64,000 bases of DNA from Candidatus Bathyarchaeota archaeon (GTDB lineage Archaea > Thermoproteota > Bathyarchaeia > Bathyarchaeales > Bathycorpusculaceae), in assembly GCA_963767735.1 (NCBI GenBank), contig CAVYES010000009.1, forward strand, positions 1 through 64,000. Direction: 5' to 3'. Position numbers and translations under genes: made by a program. Of the stretch, positions 50,146 to 58,557 are shown one piece after another. Each line of letters begins with the position of its first letter. Position 1 is the first letter of the stretch. The notes beneath the pieces are model-generated. The model was not told the DNA's origin. It saw nothing but the letters and a program-made list of their open reading frames with translations, and made no database searches.

Positions 50146-51031
50146 ATGAAAGCACTTTTATTGCATGTAGGAGTAGACCACACTTCAACTAGTCCCATGA
50201 CGATGGGAATTAGTGGTCCAATTTTTGACGACGGCACTTTTGAGTTTATATCCATATTGGAATTGTGGGAAGAAGATACATATTTTGTGATGAGAGGAAC
50301 CAAGAGCTTTGTTGTTTCGGGTAATGAGGAACTTGAAATGGAGCCATACACCTCTGAATCTAGAACATACACTCGGATAGCAACAAGTAATGGTGAAAAT
50401 GGAAAATGCCTTGCAGATTTTATTCCCAAAGAATATGCCGATGCCATTGTCCACTTCGACCCGGATCTTGAAGGTTTAACGTATGGCGACAGACTAGACA
50501 CTCCAAAAGGCAAACAAATCGAAAAGCTAAAACCCGGTGACTACATCTTTTTCGTTGCAAGCTTAGCCCCTTATATTAAGAGGCTTACACCCGCAAAGAA
50601 AAAGGTCTAATATGCGCCTATCAAAAAGGCAATATGGCAAAGTATGTAATTGCTTATTTTAAGGTAAGTCAAGTCCTTGCCGGTGGGAAAATCTCTGAGG
50701 ATCCGACCCTTTACTTGTTTAACCCTTCAGAAAAATCATTTGCTTTTGAAAATGCTATAAATAGCACAATAGAAGACAGGACACGGGTTAGAATCAAAAA
50801 CAATGCGCATTCTAAAAGAGACTCAGACGATTACTTTATAGTGATAGGCGACCCCATTTCTCAAAACCGCTTAAGCGGGCAGTAAGGCTTACAGAAAAGG
50901 GTTCACCCTTCAGGCCTAGGAAAATTGGAAAGGAAATCTATGGGGATGTATGTTTTCCAAGAGGCTTCAAATGGGTTTATGATGATAGCCGGATCCAAGC
51001 TCTACTAAACTATTGCAATGCGACTACTTAA
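50146..51031 (+). pseudogene. Nmad3-like (nucleotide-modification-associated domain 3) protein, frameshifted
   Basis: VGVD, GPIFDDGTFEFI.I, HFDPD...LTYGD, L..GD.IFF...L, YVIAYF.V, NAH; continues in shifted frames to TAA at 51031. Confidence 0.7.
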
Positions 51032-51171
51032 ATCGCCTCAAGTTCTCTCAAATTCTTGATTGAGATAATTCTTGTCAAAGGAGCGTCTTTCAGTTATCAA
51101 GCTGTCGCCGCATCGTCATTAGCTTTTAAGATAAATTCCTTCCAAGTAGGTTCCGCGCAGCACGCAATGAG

Positions 51172-51837
51172 TTAACTCTCTTCGGTTTTGCCTTTTTTCC
51201 TCTTTCCTTTTAAGATAGTTATTGCTAAATTAACAATTGCGAAGATTGAATAAAAAAATGTTATAGCAAACGGGGTATAAAGAGTTGAAAGCAAAAGCCC
51301 GTCAGCTAACCCGTTTCCACCAACCACACCTTTCGTGAATAAAGGCAGCGCATAGAAATCAAGCGCAATTAATCCCAAAGGGATACAACTCAAACCCAAA
51401 AGAAGCGAAGCGAAGTAATTCGCTTTTGTTTGACCGATTGGTTTCTTCTGTAAAACAATCGAGAATGGGCTAAGTACGAAAACTATCAGGAAGCTCGCAA
51501 AGAACGTGATGTTGGCTGAATTACTGACTAAACCCCTGTTACTTATGATTGCGCTACTGAAGTATGCAATAAAGAAGGTAATTGCAAAACCTAAAAAGTA
51601 AATTAGCTTTGGTAAAGCTCGCTTAAAGTAAAGTATACCGCACGTTAAAACGACAATCAGAGGGATAACAAACCCATAAACGTCAAAACCCCTGTTTGGA
51701 TTAACATTGACGTGCCAAACAACCAAGTTTCTCCCGAAGAAAGGACTATAAAACAAGGCAACAAATAACAGCCCTAACAATGAGAAAATCATCATAACAG
51801 CAAATTTCAGAAGAGCCTTTCTGTCAAGTGTACTCAT
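51172..51837 (-). CDS. Polytopic membrane protein (DUF1614-like)
   Basis: ~6 TMs, DVYGFVIPL and VVGGNGLADGLLL motifs; ATGA overlap with the upstream gene. Confidence 0.6.
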   Translation of the reverse strand: MSTLDRKALLKFAVMMIFSLLGLLFVALFYSPFFGRNLVVWHVNVNPNRGFDVYGFVIPLIVVLTCGILYFKRALPKLIYFLGFAITFFIAYFSSAIISNRGLVSNSANITFFASFLIVFVLSPFSIVLQKKPIGQTKANYFASLLLGLSCIPLGLIALDFYALPLFTKGVVGGNGLADGLLLSTLYTPFAITFFYSIFAIVNLAITILKGKRKKGKTEES

Positions 51838-52634
51838 TTGGTCTTCAGCCTATCAAGCTCCAGTCGGTCTCTAAAAACGTCTGCAATTCTCAAATCGGAG
51901 TCCGCAAGCTTGCATACCTGCTTGTCAGAGTTGAACAACGTCTTGCAACCATAAAATATCAGGACAAGCCCTCTAACATCTTTGTATGTGGTCTTCAATT
52001 TGTTAATAAATTTGAGGTCAGTTTTCACACTTTCAGCCGAAGCTGGATAAGACTTCACCTGCACAACTCCATAGATACGCTTCTTTGCCCCGTTGTAGAG
52101 AATAATGTCAGGTCTACGATTTCCTAACCCATCTTTGAAAGGTTGAGGAATAATCTCTGTAGCCAAAGCCATACTTCTACTTGACAGCTCAAAATAACCT
52201 AAATCATCAAGTGGAGAATCAGGATTAGGGGTAGAATAACAGTCGACGTTGTCATCGGTAAAATACTCCGACTTGAGAAGGTGAAGCAACAGTCTGGTAG
52301 TTAGCAGTTCCGAATAACCCATAAAGTTGGTTGAATTGGATTTGAGTTTCTTTAAGTCCCACCAGAACTTCCAATAAATAGCGGAAACATCACCGCAAGT
52401 GATTTCTTTATGGTGCTTCTTCAGGAAGCGGTCAAGAGTTTTGAAACTCATGGTGTTCCAATCTTTTTGAGCATCAGCAGGCAGGTCTTGAAGTATTGAG
52501 CTAACTTTTAGTCGTGGCTCCCACATATCAAAAGCGAACTTCTCAATACCGTCCCAACTTTTCTTTGCCTGCTTGACTTTAGAGTTGTTTTTTTCATTCA
52601 TTGATTCTTGCCTTCTTGTTACAACAAATCCCAT
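51834..52634 (-). CDS. PD-(D/E)XK restriction endonuclease-like protein
   Basis: G..E helix, RRPDIILY...VVQVKSY (PD...QxK variant). Confidence 0.62.
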   Translation of the reverse strand: MGFVVTRRQESMNEKNNSKVKQAKKSWDGIEKFAFDMWEPRLKVSSILQDLPADAQKDWNTMSFKTLDRFLKKHHKEITCGDVSAIYWKFWWDLKKLKSNSTNFMGYSELLTTRLLLHLLKSEYFTDDNVDCYSTPNPDSPLDDLGYFELSSRSMALATEIIPQPFKDGLGNRRPDIILYNGAKKRIYGVVQVKSYPASAESVKTDLKFINKLKTTYKDVRGLVLIFYGCKTLFNSDKQVCKLADSDLRIADVFRDRLELDRLKTK

Positions 52635-53416
52635 CGGTTCTGATGACTTAGCACAAGTTGAGCTAACTCATGCTCACACGGAAACCTTTGGCTCCACCAA
52701 TTTAAACTGTTACCGTATCCTTCACTGCGTTTATTAGACACAAAATCGGTTGCAAAAAGCGTTTTAATTGGTACTATGCTGACTAGTCCGCCAGAAAAAG
52801 AGTAGTCAAAGACTATGGCGTAATCGTTTTTCCATGCTTCACGCCAATAAATCAGAAGAGAACCTACCTTATTGTCTTTTGTTTGTTCAATATGCACAAC
52901 TATGTTTCCTCTAACCCACGATTTGCCTTTGATGTTCTGGTATCCAAGGGAAAGAAGCTTTGTCTCTGCGGTTCTACTCGACTTTGGTGAAGAATCAATC
53001 AACTTGGGGATAATGCTTTCACTAACTGGTTTAGCAACCGGGGTCTTGACTGACGCCGATGAGCCATTCCGATGTTTACCGTGGCATTCATTGCAGATTA
53101 CGCGGTTTCTGGTTGTCCCCTTAAAATCAACGTATTTTGAGCCTTTGTCTCCCAAACGTGGCTCATGGTGCAAGGAATATTCATTGGCTTTCAGAGAAGT
53201 GAGATCTCGTCCGCATTCTGTGCACCTGTAATTTTGTTTAGCAAGGAGGAAATTCTTGTACTTGAGATAAGGCGTTATTTGGTAAAGCAAGTTTAGGTTG
53301 TCTCCACCCATCATCAGGGGGAGAACTGTGCCGTCTTTTTCAAAAATTAGCTGGTCAGATTCTTCATCATAGTGAATTCTTAGACCGCTAACGGTTTCTC
53401 TGGTTTTCAATAGCAA
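52619..53416 (-). CDS. HNH endonuclease with additional C-terminal domain
   Basis: YRCTECG...LHHEP...NRVICNECHGKH. Confidence 0.75.
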   Translation of the reverse strand: MLLKTRETVSGLRIHYDEESDQLIFEKDGTVLPLMMGGDNLNLLYQITPYLKYKNFLLAKQNYRCTECGRDLTSLKANEYSLHHEPRLGDKGSKYVDFKGTTRNRVICNECHGKHRNGSSASVKTPVAKPVSESIIPKLIDSSPKSSRTAETKLLSLGYQNIKGKSWVRGNIVVHIEQTKDNKVGSLLIYWREAWKNDYAIVFDYSFSGGLVSIVPIKTLFATDFVSNKRSEGYGNSLNWWSQRFPCEHELAQLVLSHQNRWDLL

Positions 53417-53492
53417 GCAACCCCAAGCGCTTGTTAGCTAATGAAAGGAAGTGCCTTAATTAACTTTGTAAATCCTATTGATTCTATTCTAC

Positions 53493-54035
53493 CTAATTAT
53501 TAGGTGTAGCTTTTGCTTGTTTTCGCTTGTCAATCGCATATTGGTTGGCTTTTTGTTTTTCAATGCGTCTTTTAGCAAACCAATAAGCCCATGCTGGTGG
53601 TTGAACACAGCTTACGTTTAGCTCATTTCTTCGTGTCTCTAAGTCTTTCAACCTCTTGACAAGTTCATCATCTGTTTCCCGTAGATAATCGATGGTATAG
53701 AATACCCTGATGTTGTTTCTCAGCTCCAGATAGCTGTTTCCAGCGGTCAAATGGCATGATGCCCGTTCTTTCGGATTCAAGAAAGTTGAAATAGCCGCTA
53801 AAATGCCTGCCAACAGAGCCGAAACTCCCACAAAAATACCGTACCTATTCAAATTGGCAAGTGCTGTACCACCAGAGAGGACTGCAAGAACTGCGGTTGG
53901 CAACCCTAACCAGAAATGGGTTGTCGACCAAACGGTTGCGGCAGTCAAGTGGCTTTCCTTTGAATACTCTGCATCTTCTTCTATTCGTTTTGCTTCATCG
54001 AAAATGTTTTGTTTAAGGCTCATAGTTTGTTGCAT
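53493..54035 (-). CDS. SLATT-family 2TM CBASS effector
   Basis: H..AA..W...HFWLGLP, two TMs, TFLNP..RA..H..AG..Y..L; 6 bp downstream of the CD-NTase. Confidence 0.85.
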   Translation of the reverse strand: MQQTMSLKQNIFDEAKRIEEDAEYSKESHLTAATVWSTTHFWLGLPTAVLAVLSGGTALANLNRYGIFVGVSALLAGILAAISTFLNPKERASCHLTAGNSYLELRNNIRVFYTIDYLRETDDELVKRLKDLETRRNELNVSCVQPPAWAYWFAKRRIEKQKANQYAIDKRKQAKATPNN

Positions 54036-54041
54036 AACTCC

Positions 54042-54920
54042 TTAAGAGTAGTAGCTTGGGAATTTACCGTTGTATAGCATATTCCACCAATAGAAGGCAT
54101 CTTTGATATTGCCTGCCTCTTCCTCTGCATAAGCTTTGTCAGCACGTGACACCGCTGAAGTTAGCTTTGATAAGGCATCTTCTTTTTGGTTTGGAGTAGA
54201 ACAGGGCTGAACCAAACCCGAAACACCCATCGGGTCTTGAATGGATGCTAAACCTGTTCTCAAAAGCTGGTTTAGAAAAATCTTCATATCGATTGAATAC
54301 GCAATGCTTTCTTGTTCGGATGAATACTTTGCAACCCTAAGCTCTAAGTAAAATGAAGTAAGCGGAACATTCTGGTAATAACGCCACGCTTTGATAAACC
54401 TGATAAGCGGTTTAACTTTCTTTCCAAGCTTGTCGTCTAATTGTTTAATCCAACCCTTGTGTTTCTCAGGTGAAGACTTAGTCCAGCCATCATTCCCATC
54501 GGGTATTTCGTAAACTCGGTAACCGCCATAACTGTCCGTCGATTTTAGAAAGTTAGCAGGGACAACCTCAGTCACTTCTTCTCCACCACCGAAGAAAATT
54601 GCCACGGCTGGTGTTCTTACGCTGACATCAGTGTAGGGAAATCGGTTAGTTAATGCTTGTCTTATCAATTGAAGCGAGTAAGAGGAATGTTGGGATAAGT
54701 TTTGAGTTGGGATTTCAGCAAAATAGTCGACATCGCTGTATCCATAAATACTTGTCCCAAAACCAAAGGAACCTGTTCTAAAAAGCGTGATCATTCCATG
54801 ATTTTGTCGCAGGCAAGCCTCTATTGAAGCTCTATGTTGAGAAGCTATTGTTGATTCATTATCGCTTGGTGTTAGTCGGCTGTGGAACTCTCTGAAACCT
54901 TCTTCGATTGTCTTAACCAT
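54042..54920 (-). CDS. cGAS/DncV-like nucleotidyltransferase (CD-NTase, SMODS)
   Basis: TGSFGFGTSIYGYSDVD, EVVPA, YEIPD...W..S.P..H, LIRFIKAW, SFYLE, DP.G, W..L....FP. Confidence 0.92.
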   Translation of the reverse strand: MVKTIEEGFREFHSRLTPSDNESTIASQHRASIEACLRQNHGMITLFRTGSFGFGTSIYGYSDVDYFAEIPTQNLSQHSSYSLQLIRQALTNRFPYTDVSVRTPAVAIFFGGGEEVTEVVPANFLKSTDSYGGYRVYEIPDGNDGWTKSSPEKHKGWIKQLDDKLGKKVKPLIRFIKAWRYYQNVPLTSFYLELRVAKYSSEQESIAYSIDMKIFLNQLLRTGLASIQDPMGVSGLVQPCSTPNQKEDALSKLTSAVSRADKAYAEEEAGNIKDAFYWWNMLYNGKFPSYYS

Positions 54921-55359
54921 TCTTCCCCTCTCTTCTGGAACTATGACCTATTTGCTATTTATTTTTATGGCAAGCTTGTTATAGCCTAAAACTATTTCTT
55001 CAAGAGGATAGCATCGCGCGCTTTTCATGAAGCCTTTCATTTTCCTTCAGAGCATCTTTGATTTGAACAAGCATTTGTTCTAATGCTTCTATTTCTTGAC
55101 ATAGTGATTTTTTTTGTTAGAGCTCTTCAACTGGTTATTTGCTAGTTGGGCCTCATTCTAAGATGACCTCGAGAAAAGACTATCAGAGTATCTTAAGCTT
55201 GAAGTTTAGAGATTCTGCTTATCTTTGATCAACACAATCAAAATTTTAAAAAAGCAATAGAAGAAGAAAATTATAGACTATATAGATAGATATTCGTTGC
55301 AACTGAGACTTGTTAAACCGCCAAAGTAGGAAACTATGCAAGGGAGAAATTTCTAGAGA

Positions 55360-55545
55360 ATCGCGGCTTGCAATTTTGCACCTTTTTGCACTAAAACAGG
55401 GAGATGCACCCTCAAGTGAAAAAATCGTTACATCATTTTGGCAGCTTTTGTCATGAAACAAGGGGGATCGTCATATTAACTGAAAGAATCGTCAAAAGCA
55501 CTTTGCAATTTCTTCAAGGATAAACCGCTAAAACCAGCTGAATAT
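55360..55545. repeat. Non-coding segment sharing motifs with 57545-57725 and 58155-58490
   Basis: caattttgcacctttttgcactaaaac resembles caaattttgctactttttgcgccgaaac (~58169); aaaccgctaaaaccagctgaa at 55522-55542; aatcgttac. Confidence 0.6.
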
Positions 55546-55857
55546 GCCCTCAAAAAAACCGTTACATATTTTCTTCTACGTGGAAAACAATCAAGCAAAG
55601 ATCGCGGCAGGTCATTAACGGCATAAAACAATACCTATCAGGCGAGAAAGATGAACAGGCTCTTGCTCCATTTGTCTCCCTTTTAAACTAATCAAATCTT
55701 CGCTGTAACAGCGTTTTAAATTCAAGCAGAGCTATAGATTGAGATTCCAACAATCAACATAGCGGCAACATGCCAAAACAATGTACAATTATTTGGACAA
55801 ATCGGAATTCTTAACTCTGCGAATTGTCCACGACTCGATCGCCATTATCGAACAACT

Positions 55858-56739
55858 TTAAGAAAAGCGCACTTTCTTCATCAAACTTTTTGATCCTAGC
55901 CCTCCTTCTCTTCTTTTCTTTTTCAAAATAAGAAGAAGCAAATTCAAAAAAACCTTGTTCTCAGCAGTAAATATCTCAATTCGGATGTCTTTAATTTCCT
56001 TCGTGACTGTCAATAACCCATTAAAAAAAGCTCTCAAGAATAGACTTTGCATTTTCCTAGTTAGAGACTCACTATATTCAGGCAAGAAGTTTTCCTTCAA
56101 AAATGCTAATCTTTCTTTTAAACTAAAGTTAGCCCATTCATTGACAAAACGAACGGCGAACCAGGATTCAAACCAAGGTCCTGATGAATGATAATCCAAA
56201 AAACTTGGTGAATTGTCTTTGAGCTTTTCACTTATCAAATTCGCTTTTTCAAGTGGTCTAAACTTATCGTTGCAAACGGCAAGTGCATTGCGTAGAGCAT
56301 CGTAGAGTCCTGGAATTGCTTCATCGCGAAAATCGAATATTCCCTCTAAGAATTCCCACTCAGAGAAGAACTTAATCTGAGGATAAAAATCCCGCTGGGT
56401 CAAAATAACTGCTCTAACATTTTTCATGCTGAACGAATCTGTTTTAGGAGACTCACCTTGAGTTATATTTTTTTCAGGAGAAGCTGAAAAGAAAAAATTC
56501 AAAACAGTCAAGAACCCTGCGAATGTCAATCTGAAGTAACGCTTTGGCAGAGGTCCTTGGCCTCTCTTAGTTCTTACCTCCTCAATCAAAGCTGCTAATA
56601 ATAATCGTTCGATAGCTTCATGTACGGGAGCGTAAGTTAAACCAACTTTTTTGGTGATCTCATACTGCGTAACCTCTTTGCAGTTTGCAACCTCACACAG
56701 TATTTTCTCATATGTTTCTTCGTTTATGTTTTTCACCAA
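55858..56739 (-). CDS. Winged-helix transcriptional regulator (putative element repressor)
   Basis: TQYEITKKVGLTYAPVHEAIERL...KRYFRLTFAG; divergent from the AbrB/ZnF/integrase genes. Confidence 0.72.
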   Translation of the reverse strand: MVKNINEETYEKILCEVANCKEVTQYEITKKVGLTYAPVHEAIERLLLAALIEEVRTKRGQGPLPKRYFRLTFAGFLTVLNFFFSASPEKNITQGESPKTDSFSMKNVRAVILTQRDFYPQIKFFSEWEFLEGIFDFRDEAIPGLYDALRNALAVCNDKFRPLEKANLISEKLKDNSPSFLDYHSSGPWFESWFAVRFVNEWANFSLKERLAFLKENFLPEYSESLTRKMQSLFLRAFFNGLLTVTKEIKDIRIEIFTAENKVFLNLLLLILKKKRREGGLGSKSLMKKVRFS

Positions 56740-56749
56740 TAGCTATATC

Positions 56750-56779
56750 GAAATATATTTTGAAACTTCATTATATTTC
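56750..56779. promoter_or_regulatory. Imperfect palindrome in the divergent promoter region (candidate operator)
   Basis: GAAATATA-ttt-TGAA-ac-TTCA-t-TATATTTC, next to a TATA-like TTTAAAT at ~56794. Confidence 0.55.
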
Positions 56780-56836
56780 AGAAATAAACCATATTTAAAT
56801 GTTATTTGAATAGAGAGTTGACAGGAGAGTATTCCA

Positions 56837-57031
56837 ACGCCAATAAGACGTAAAATTTGTAGAATTGGAACGGGCTTAGCTGTTTTCTTACCGAAAAGCT
56901 GGGTTCAGATGCTCGAAGAAAAACATGGACAAATGGAGGCTGTAGCAATCGAAGTCGATAACGCACTTATAATAACGCCAATTTTCAAAAAGGAAACGAT
57001 GCCACAAAATAGCAATCCAAAAGAGGTCTGA
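56837..57031 (+). CDS. AbrB/MazE/SpoVT-type DNA-binding protein with non-canonical (ACG or ATT) start
   Basis: Manual translation (T/M)PIRRKICRIGTGLAVFLPKSWV...VAIEVDNALIITP; SD CAGGAG upstream; in-frame TGA at 56819; absent from the ORF track. Confidence 0.75.
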   Translation, partial: TPIRRKICRIGTGLAVFLPKSWVQMLEEKHGQMEAVAIEVDNALIITPIFKKETMPQNSNPKEV

Positions 57032-57038
57032 TGACGGT

Positions 57039-57281
57039 ATGGCGGAACCTACAGAAACTCGGGGACAACAAAGCTTAGGGTTTAAAAGCGAAAAGACAAG
57101 AAGCAATTCAATCCAAAAGTATATGCTCTCTGCAGTTTACGTTCGGTATAAGGATCATGTTCTCTTCAAACACACCCAACAACCTGTAGCTGAAGCAGTT
57201 GAACGTGAAAGCATCGGTTGGCTCGCAAAGCAAAATGGCTGGACTCACAAATCCTGGCAAAGTGAAGGAGGCCTGGAATGA
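57039..57281 (+). CDS. Small hypothetical protein
   Basis: GAGGT SD; ATGA overlap with the next gene. Confidence 0.5.
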   Translation: MAEPTETRGQQSLGFKSEKTRSNSIQKYMLSAVYVRYKDHVLFKHTQQPVAEAVERESIGWLAKQNGWTHKSWQSEGGLE

Positions 57282-57517
57282 ATAAACAGAAGCAATGCTG
57301 CTATTGCGGTCAGGTCTTTACTCCTAAAAACAGCAAAGCCCGTTTCTGCAGCACCCGCCACAGAGTAGCCTACTTCAAGCGCAAGAAAAGACGCCTGCAA
57401 ATAGAGGAGATCAGACGTCGTTTAGGACTACCTGCTTTGCTATCCGAAAGCGAGGAGGCGGTCAAGTTTAATCAAATTCTTGATAGAATTTCCAATTCAC
57501 AGGGGGATCCCAGATAA
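57278..57517 (+). CDS. Small CxxC...C-x3-H zinc-finger protein
   Basis: CCYCGQVFTPKNSKARFCSTRHRVAYFKRKKRR; GGAGG SD. Confidence 0.7.
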   Translation: MNKQKQCCYCGQVFTPKNSKARFCSTRHRVAYFKRKKRRLQIEEIRRRLGLPALLSESEEAVKFNQILDRISNSQGDPR

Positions 57518-57826
57518 ATGAAAGAAAGCGGAAGTTGCCTTTTGGAATCGTTAGGTAGAAATCCGCTAAAACCCGCTGAATTTCAGGTTTTGGATAACCC
57601 TAATTTTGATTGGCATCCTGTTTACCGTTTCTGGATAATACCGTTTGGAAATCGTTACCCATGTTCCGACAAGGCTGTCGGTTTTGAGGGAACGACGCTT
57701 GAGGTTCTTGTAAATCGTAACCAGCCTGTGGGGCAGTGTTGTGAGGAGAAGCGGAGCCAGTTGAAGCAAACGGTTGTTATGGCCGACTTCGAGGATAAGT
57801 GTCAACCGCCAGGAGAGGGCTTCTTA

Positions 57827-58144
57827 ATGGCGAAGGAAAAGATTTGCTTGTATTGCGGTAAAACTTTCACGCCTAAAAACCCTAAGGGCTATTTCTGCAA
57901 GACAAGCCATCGAGTAGCATTCTACAATCGCAAGAAACGACGCCAGAGAAAACAAGAAACTAAATTGTGGTTAGAGCAGCAGCGCGAAAAAATGTCTGAC
58001 TCCATCGAGGTCATGCTTGAACGACAAATAGCAGAGCGCAGAGAACAGGAATGGCAAGAGCGAATTCGGAAAATCATGCAGCAAGCGGAAGAAAATGAAC
58101 GCCGACTGCTTGAAAAATGCCGCGACTCGGAAGGAGTGGTATAG
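57827..58144 (+). CDS. Paralogous zinc-finger protein with coiled-coil tail
   Basis: CLYCGKTFTPKNPKGYFCKTSHRVAFYNRKKRR; AGGAG SD before ATG 57827 (the ORF track extends it to 57518). Confidence 0.7.
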   Translation: MAKEKICLYCGKTFTPKNPKGYFCKTSHRVAFYNRKKRRQRKQETKLWLEQQREKMSDSIEVMLERQIAERREQEWQERIRKIMQQAEENERRLLEKCRDSEGVV

Positions 58145-58557
58145 GAATGCGTTTTGAAATCGTAAACTCAAATTTTGCTACTTTTTGCGCCGAAACGGCA
58201 CCTTTGCAGGTTAGAGAGAAGAATCGTAAACCCGAAAATCCGCTGAATAATAGGAAAAAAGTGGAAAATCAGCTGAACCCCGCTGAAGAACCATCTAAAC
58301 AAGGGGGAAGAACCGTTACAGCTTATTACGATGCTCTGAGGAAATTTGCGAGATTTTGCGAGAAAAGGGGTACCCTGCAAATTGCAATCGTAACAGAAAA
58401 AAGCCCAGAAACGCCTCAATCAGTCTGCGCAGCGGGTAAATGGGGATATACTCAGTTGCTTGTTACGATTCTCTTGTTACGATTCTTAAAGAACCATCAC
58501 ATTTTGCATTTTTTGCTGGGGTTGCCGTGTGTTGACTTGCAGGAGGTACTTTAGTTA

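Noticed and set aside
57518-57826. N-terminal half of ORF 57518-58144
   Set aside because: It covers the repeat-motif segment; a strong SD and paralogy with 57278-57517 point to the start at 57827.
58117-58554. 145-aa ORF before the integrase
   Set aside because: Overlaps the motif-rich non-coding array and has no protein-like features; probably spurious.
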